A stretch of 64,000 nucleotides of DNA from Casimicrobiaceae bacterium. GTDB taxonomy: Bacteria; Pseudomonadota; Gammaproteobacteria; Burkholderiales; Casimicrobiaceae. The notes under the pieces were generated by a model. That model was not told the origin of the DNA. It made no database searches and saw only the letters and a program-made list of their open reading frames with translations. Location: the NCBI GenBank assembly GCA_035430095.1, contig DAOMGB010000007.1, positions 15,267 to 79,266 on the forward strand, read 5' to 3'. The translations under genes and the position numbers were made by a program. Shown piece by piece: positions 59,489 through 64,000 of the stretch (position 1 is the stretch's first letter; every line of letters begins with the position of its first letter).

Positions 59489-60208
59489 ATGAACATCGAA
59501 TTCACCGCATTTCCGCGCCATACCGAAGGTCGCGGCGCTTCCCGCCGCATGCGTCGCGCGGGCAAGGCCCCGGGGATCGTTTACGGCGGCACGGTCGCCC
59601 CGACGCCCATCGAGCTCGACCACAACGCGCTGTTCCATGCGTTGCGCGGCGAGGCGTTCCACTCGTCCATCCTGACCATGAAACTCGACGGCGCAGCGAC
59701 CAAGGTGCTGTTGCGCGACGTGCAGATGCACCCGTTCCGCAATGAAATCCTGCACGTGGATTTCCAGCGCGTCGACGAGAACAAGAAAATCCACATGAAG
59801 GTGCCGCTCCACTTCGTCAAGGGCGAGGACTCGCCTGCCGTCAAACTGTCGTCGGCGATCATCAGCCACGTCACCACGGACCTCGAAATCACCTGCCTGC
59901 CCAAGGACCTCCCCGGCTTCATCGAGGTGGACCTGTCGACGCTGGAAGTCGGCCACGCGATGCACGTCTCGTCGGTCAAGCTGCCGGCCGGCGTGACGGT
60001 CGTCACCCGCGGCAAGACCGACCCGGTCGTGGCGGCGGCGATCGTGCCGCGCGCCCAGGTCGAGACCGAAGAGGAAACCGCCGCAGCCGAAGCCACCGCG
60101 GCCGCGACCGCGGCGCCGGAAGGCGAGGCCAAGGCCGCCGCGGACGACAAGGGTGGCGACAAGAAGGACGCGAAGAAGGACGACAAGAAGGACGACAAGA
60201 AGAAATGA
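59489..60208 (+). CDS. rplY: 50S ribosomal protein L25/Ctc (long form)
   Basis: GASRRMR, PGIVYGG, HVDFQR and charged C-terminal tail. Confidence 0.97.
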   Translation: MNIEFTAFPRHTEGRGASRRMRRAGKAPGIVYGGTVAPTPIELDHNALFHALRGEAFHSSILTMKLDGAATKVLLRDVQMHPFRNEILHVDFQRVDENKKIHMKVPLHFVKGEDSPAVKLSSAIISHVTTDLEITCLPKDLPGFIEVDLSTLEVGHAMHVSSVKLPAGVTVVTRGKTDPVVAAAIVPRAQVETEEETAAAEATAAATAAPEGEAKAAADDKGGDKKDAKKDDKKDDKKK

Positions 60209-60258
60209 GTCCGCGGGCTCAGTTGCCTGACTGAGATCCAACAAAAGGCTGCAACGAG

Positions 60259-60295
60259 GACAAGGCCCGCGGACACGAAGCGGGCCTTGTCATTT
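60259..60295 (+). terminator. Terminator-like hairpin after rplY
   Basis: GACAAGGCCCGC-N9-GCGGGCCTTGTC followed by ATTT. Confidence 0.7.
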
Positions 60296-60324
60296 CGACG
60301 CCGAGCGGCCGCGCGCGCCACGCC

Positions 60325-60918
60325 ATGACCCAACCCATCCGCCTCGTCGCCGGGCTCGGCAATCCGGGCCGCGAATATGCCGGCACCCGCCACAACGCGG
60401 GGTTCTGGTTCGCGGACGCGTTGGCAGAAAAGCTGTCCGCTTCGTTCGCCAGCGAAGCGAAATTCGGCGCGGACGTGGCCAGGGCCGGTGCGCTGCGGCT
60501 GGTCAAGCCGATGACCTACATGAACCTGTCGGGTCGGGCGGTCGCAGGGCTTGCGCGTTTTTTCGGCATCGAGCCTTCGGAGATTCTGGTGGCGCACGAC
60601 GAGCTGGATCTGCTGCCCGGCAAGGCCAAGATTAAATTCGGCGGCGGACACGCCGGACACAACGGGCTGCGCGACATTCAGGCGCAGCTGGGCTCGCCGG
60701 ACTTCTGGCGCCTGCGCATCGGCATCGGCCACCCGCGCGACACGGAGCTCACGCAGCAGCAAGTGGTCGATTACGTCCTCAAGCCGCCGGCGGCGGCGCA
60801 GCAGGCGGACATCGACGACGCGATAGCGCGCGCGCTGGCCGCATGGCCGGAAATCGCGCGGGGCGACATGGAGGCCGCGATGATGTCGCTGCACACCACG
60901 AACAAGGATTCGAAATGA
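60325..60918 (+). CDS. pth: Peptidyl-tRNA hydrolase
   Basis: GLGNPG, TRHNAG, TYMNLSG, HDELD and GHNGL motifs. Confidence 0.98.
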   Translation: MTQPIRLVAGLGNPGREYAGTRHNAGFWFADALAEKLSASFASEAKFGADVARAGALRLVKPMTYMNLSGRAVAGLARFFGIEPSEILVAHDELDLLPGKAKIKFGGGHAGHNGLRDIQAQLGSPDFWRLRIGIGHPRDTELTQQQVVDYVLKPPAAAQQADIDDAIARALAAWPEIARGDMEAAMMSLHTTNKDSK

Positions 60919-62006
60919 GCTTGAAGTGCGGAATCGTCGGCCTGCCCAACGTCGGCAAATCGACGCTGTTCAACGCGTTGACCAAGGCCGGCATCGCCGC
61001 CGAGAACTATCCGTTCTGCACGATCGAACCCAACGTAGGCATCGTCGAAGTTCCGGATCCGCGGATGGACGCGCTCGCGGCCATCGTGAAGCCCGAGCGC
61101 GTGGTGCCCGCGGTGGTGGAGTTCGTCGACATCGCCGGTCTGGTCGCGGGCGCGTCGAAGGGCGAAGGGCTGGGCAACCAGTTCCTCGCCAACATCCGCG
61201 AGACCGACGCCATCGCGCACGTCGTGCGCTGCTTCGTCGACGACAACGTGGTCCACGTCGCCAACAGGATCGATCCGTTGTCGGACATCGAGACGATCAA
61301 CACCGAGTTGGCGCTGGCCGACATGGCGTCGGTCGAGAAGCACGTGCACAAGCAGGACAAGCTCGCCCGAGGGGGCGACAAGGAGGCCATCCGGGTCATG
61401 CCCGTGCTGGCCAAGGTGCAGGCGGTGCTGAACGCGGGCCAGCCGGCGCGGACCGCCAGGCTCGACGCCGAGGAACGGGACATCCTGCGGCCATTCTTCC
61501 TGCTGACGATGAAGCCCACGATGTATGTCGCCAATGTCGCCGAAGGCGGCTTCCACGACAATCCGCTGCTGGCCAAGGTCGAGGCGCACGCCTGGGCCGA
61601 AGGCGCGCCCGTCGTCGCGGTTTGTGCGTCGATCGAGGCGGAAATCGCCGACCTCGATGGGCAGGACCGGCAGGCGTTCCTCGACGATCTCGGCCTCGCG
61701 GAGCCGGGCCTCGACCGCGTCATCCACGCAGGCTACAAGCTGCTGGGCCTGCAGACGTATTTCACGGCGGGCGTGAAGGAGGTCCGCGCGTGGACGGTGG
61801 AAATCGGTGCCACCGCGCCACAGGCGGCCGGCGTCATCCACACGGATTTCGAAAAGGGTTTCATCCGCGCCGAGGTCATCGCGTACGACGACTTCATCGC
61901 CTGCAGGGGCGAAACGGGCGCCAAGGAAGCGGGGAAGATGCGTCTCGAAGGCAAGGACTACGTCGTCAAGGACGGCGACGTGATGCACTTCCGCTTCAAC
62001 GTCTAG
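60915..62006 (+). CDS. ychF: Redox-regulated ATPase YchF
   Basis: [27 protein letters not shown] and FRFNV motifs. Confidence 0.98.
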   Translation: MSLKCGIVGLPNVGKSTLFNALTKAGIAAENYPFCTIEPNVGIVEVPDPRMDALAAIVKPERVVPAVVEFVDIAGLVAGASKGEGLGNQFLANIRETDAIAHVVRCFVDDNVVHVANRIDPLSDIETINTELALADMASVEKHVHKQDKLARGGDKEAIRVMPVLAKVQAVLNAGQPARTARLDAEERDILRPFFLLTMKPTMYVANVAEGGFHDNPLLAKVEAHAWAEGAPVVAVCASIEAEIADLDGQDRQAFLDDLGLAEPGLDRVIHAGYKLLGLQTYFTAGVKEVRAWTVEIGATAPQAAGVIHTDFEKGFIRAEVIAYDDFIACRGETGAKEAGKMRLEGKDYVVKDGDVMHFRFNV

Positions 62007-62077
62007 TCGAGATCGGCGAAGCCGGGCCGGCGCGGGTCTCCTCGACACTCTAGGCATCCGCGAAGGCACAATGCGCC

Positions 62078-63205
62078 ATGGCAACACGACTCGTCTTCCT
62101 GGTGCCGGGCTTCTTCGGGTTCACCTCCGTCGGCGCGGTAAGCTACTTCGAGGACGTCGAGCGGACGCTGGGCCAGGCGCTCGACGAACATGGCATCGAC
62201 GCCCGGATCGTCCGGTGCATGACCCAGCCGACGGCCTCGATCACGCGGCGCGCCGACGTGCTGCGCCGGCAGGTGCTGCGACATGGCGGGCTCAGGGCGC
62301 GCGAACTTCATTTCATCGGTCACTCGACGGGCGGCCTCGACGTTCGCATGCTGCTGACGCCGGGCGTCAAGATCTCGCGCGGCGATTCGGCGGAGCGAAT
62401 TGCGCGACTCACCCGCACCGCAGTTTCCGTCACCACGCCGCATCACGGCACGCCGCTCGCCAATCACTTCGTCAGCCTCCAGGGCCAGACGCTGTTGCTG
62501 GTGCTGACCGCCCTGGCGACGTCGGGACAGGGACGCGGGGCGATACTGGCCGCGGCCAAGGCGATCGCGCTGGTCTCGCGGCTCGACGATTGGCTGGGGC
62601 GCAAGCGAACCTCGCTCGATCACGTCGCTGAAGGCCTGCTGCGAAAGATCCGGTTCGACCGCCGGGACGCGGTGTGGCGCTATCTGGGCGAGATCGAGCA
62701 GGACCAGGGCGCGGTGCTGCAGCTCACGCCCGAAGGCATCGACATGTTCAGTGCGGCCGTCGTGGACCGCGACGGCATCGACTATGGCTGCGTCGTCGCC
62801 GGCGTGCCGAAGCCGCGCGAGGAACTGAGACTCAAGACGCTTGTGGATCCGGAGTACCTGGCGCTCCGGACGTTGTTCAGGCTCCTGCACGCGCTCGCGT
62901 CGAGGCCTCACCCGCACTATCCCTATCCGAAACCCGGCAAAGCGAAGCAGCGGCTGCTCGACAATGGACTCGGCTTCAAGGCCACGCCGGGAATCAGCGA
63001 CGGCATCGTGCCGACGCTGAGCCAGCTGCACGGCCGATTGCTGCATGTGGCGCGCGCCGATCACCTGGATGTGGTCGGACACTACACGCTTGCCAGGGGG
63101 CGCACGGGAGACTGGCTGCCGTCGGGCGCCGGCTTCACGCCCCGAGCGTTCGAGGCCACGTGGCAGGCGGTCGCGGCTGCGATCGCAAGTCGAAGCCGTG
63201 CCTAG
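62078..63205 (+). CDS. Alpha/beta hydrolase, family I lipase-like
   Basis: LVPGFFG oxyanion region, GHSTGG nucleophile, TPHHGT, DGIV and DHLDVVG motifs. Confidence 0.85.
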   Translation: MATRLVFLVPGFFGFTSVGAVSYFEDVERTLGQALDEHGIDARIVRCMTQPTASITRRADVLRRQVLRHGGLRARELHFIGHSTGGLDVRMLLTPGVKISRGDSAERIARLTRTAVSVTTPHHGTPLANHFVSLQGQTLLLVLTALATSGQGRGAILAAAKAIALVSRLDDWLGRKRTSLDHVAEGLLRKIRFDRRDAVWRYLGEIEQDQGAVLQLTPEGIDMFSAAVVDRDGIDYGCVVAGVPKPREELRLKTLVDPEYLALRTLFRLLHALASRPHPHYPYPKPGKAKQRLLDNGLGFKATPGISDGIVPTLSQLHGRLLHVARADHLDVVGHYTLARGRTGDWLPSGAGFTPRAFEATWQAVAAAIASRSRA

Positions 63206-63424
63206 CGTACTTGCGTTGCTTGGTACCCGGCGTTCAGGAAGCAAATCCGGCAGCGTCGCGTGGTGTGCATCGTGCGAAAATGTCCTGTCAATGCAGATCA
63301 TGGAACGACAGATGGGTCGCAACCAGGCATCCGGGCATGAAGAAGGGGATCGGAAGAGCGTATACACGCCCGGCGCAACCCGCTGCGGGACGCGGCACCT
63401 GGAATCGCGGTCCGCCGCCCGGCC

Positions 63425-63919
63425 TTGAACCGTCGTTTGCGCATCGCGCTCCTGGTCGGCATGGCGGGCCTCGCGGCATGCGCCGACGCGCCGCGTCTCG
63501 AGCCGCCGCGAATCGCCGTCGCATCCGTGCAGCTGCAGCGGATCACGGGGACGGAAGCGAATTTCCTGGTGATGCTGAGCCTCGATAATCCCAATGCCCG
63601 CGAGATCGCGGTCGAAAGCATCGACGCCAACGTCGCGGTCGAGGAGCTGCCGGTCGGCAGCGCGACGCTCAAGTCGCCGATGCGGTTGCCGGCCAAAGGC
63701 GAAGGGACGGCCACCTTGCTGGCGCGCGCCGGCGTCGCCGCCGTCCTGCGGGTCGGCGCGGAAGTCGCGTTGCGCGCGCAGGAGCAGAGGAATTCCGGCC
63801 AGGCGACGCTGGTGCGTTATGCCGTCTCGGGCACGGCCACGCTCGAGGGCGGCTGGCCCATCCCGTTTTCGCGCAGCGGCGAGTTCCGGATCGGCGGGCA
63901 AGCGCCGGCAACGCGATGA
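63425..63919 (+). CDS. LEA type 2 (WHy domain) lipoprotein
   Basis: Lipobox LAAC, NPN motif, beta-rich. Confidence 0.82.
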   Translation: MNRRLRIALLVGMAGLAACADAPRLEPPRIAVASVQLQRITGTEANFLVMLSLDNPNAREIAVESIDANVAVEELPVGSATLKSPMRLPAKGEGTATLLARAGVAAVLRVGAEVALRAQEQRNSGQATLVRYAVSGTATLEGGWPIPFSRSGEFRIGGQAPATR

Positions 63920-64000
63920 CCACGCTCAAGTTCACCAAGATGCAGGGCCTGGGCAACGACTTCGTCGTGCTGGATGGCGTTCGCCAGCGCGTCGACCTGT
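63916..64000 (+). CDS. dapF: Diaminopimelate epimerase (5' fragment)
   Basis: MTTLKFTKMQGLGNDFVVLD; ATGA overlap with the upstream gene. Confidence 0.93.
   Translation, partial: MTTLKFTKMQGLGNDFVVLDGVRQRVDL

Noticed and set aside
63206..63424. Riboswitch or ncRNA in this spacer (also 25266-25526, 53497-53712)
   Set aside because: No recognisable motif by eye; an Infernal/Rfam search would be needed.

Overview
A high-GC betaproteobacterial chromosome segment (Burkholderiales/Nitrosomonadales-like; taxonomy inferred from gene order and absence of recF) spanning the replication origin. The core contains atpIBEFH, parB-parA-rsmG-mnmG with two parS sites, mnmE-yidC-yidD-rnpA-rpmH / dnaA-dnaN-gyrB, topB-dprA-LysM / def-fmt-rsmB-DUF4390-ntrY-ntrX-kup, rpoH with a perfect CIRCE, ftsY / rsmD-coaD-ferredoxin, dynamin-mutM / TPR-lolB-ispE-tRNA-Gln-prs-rplY-pth-ychF, and the start of dapF. 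Small accessory blocks interrupt it. Most notable: (1) a three-gene block between rpoH and ftsY, where ftsEX usually lie, encoding a CREST/ceramidase-like hydrolase, a DUF4105 His/Cys enzyme and a TIR-TM-TPR receptor-like protein; (2) two copies of a 200/260-bp non-coding element with IS481-like ends, NCTAGN target duplications on TAG stop codons and an internal REP doublet; (3) a cytoplasmic BNR beta-propeller plus MoaD/ubiquitin-like pair; (4) a 49-bp in-phase alternating purine/pyrimidine (Z-DNA-prone) tract upstream of the type IA topoisomerase. All calls come from reading motifs and synteny by eye. No searches were run, so novelty is untested.
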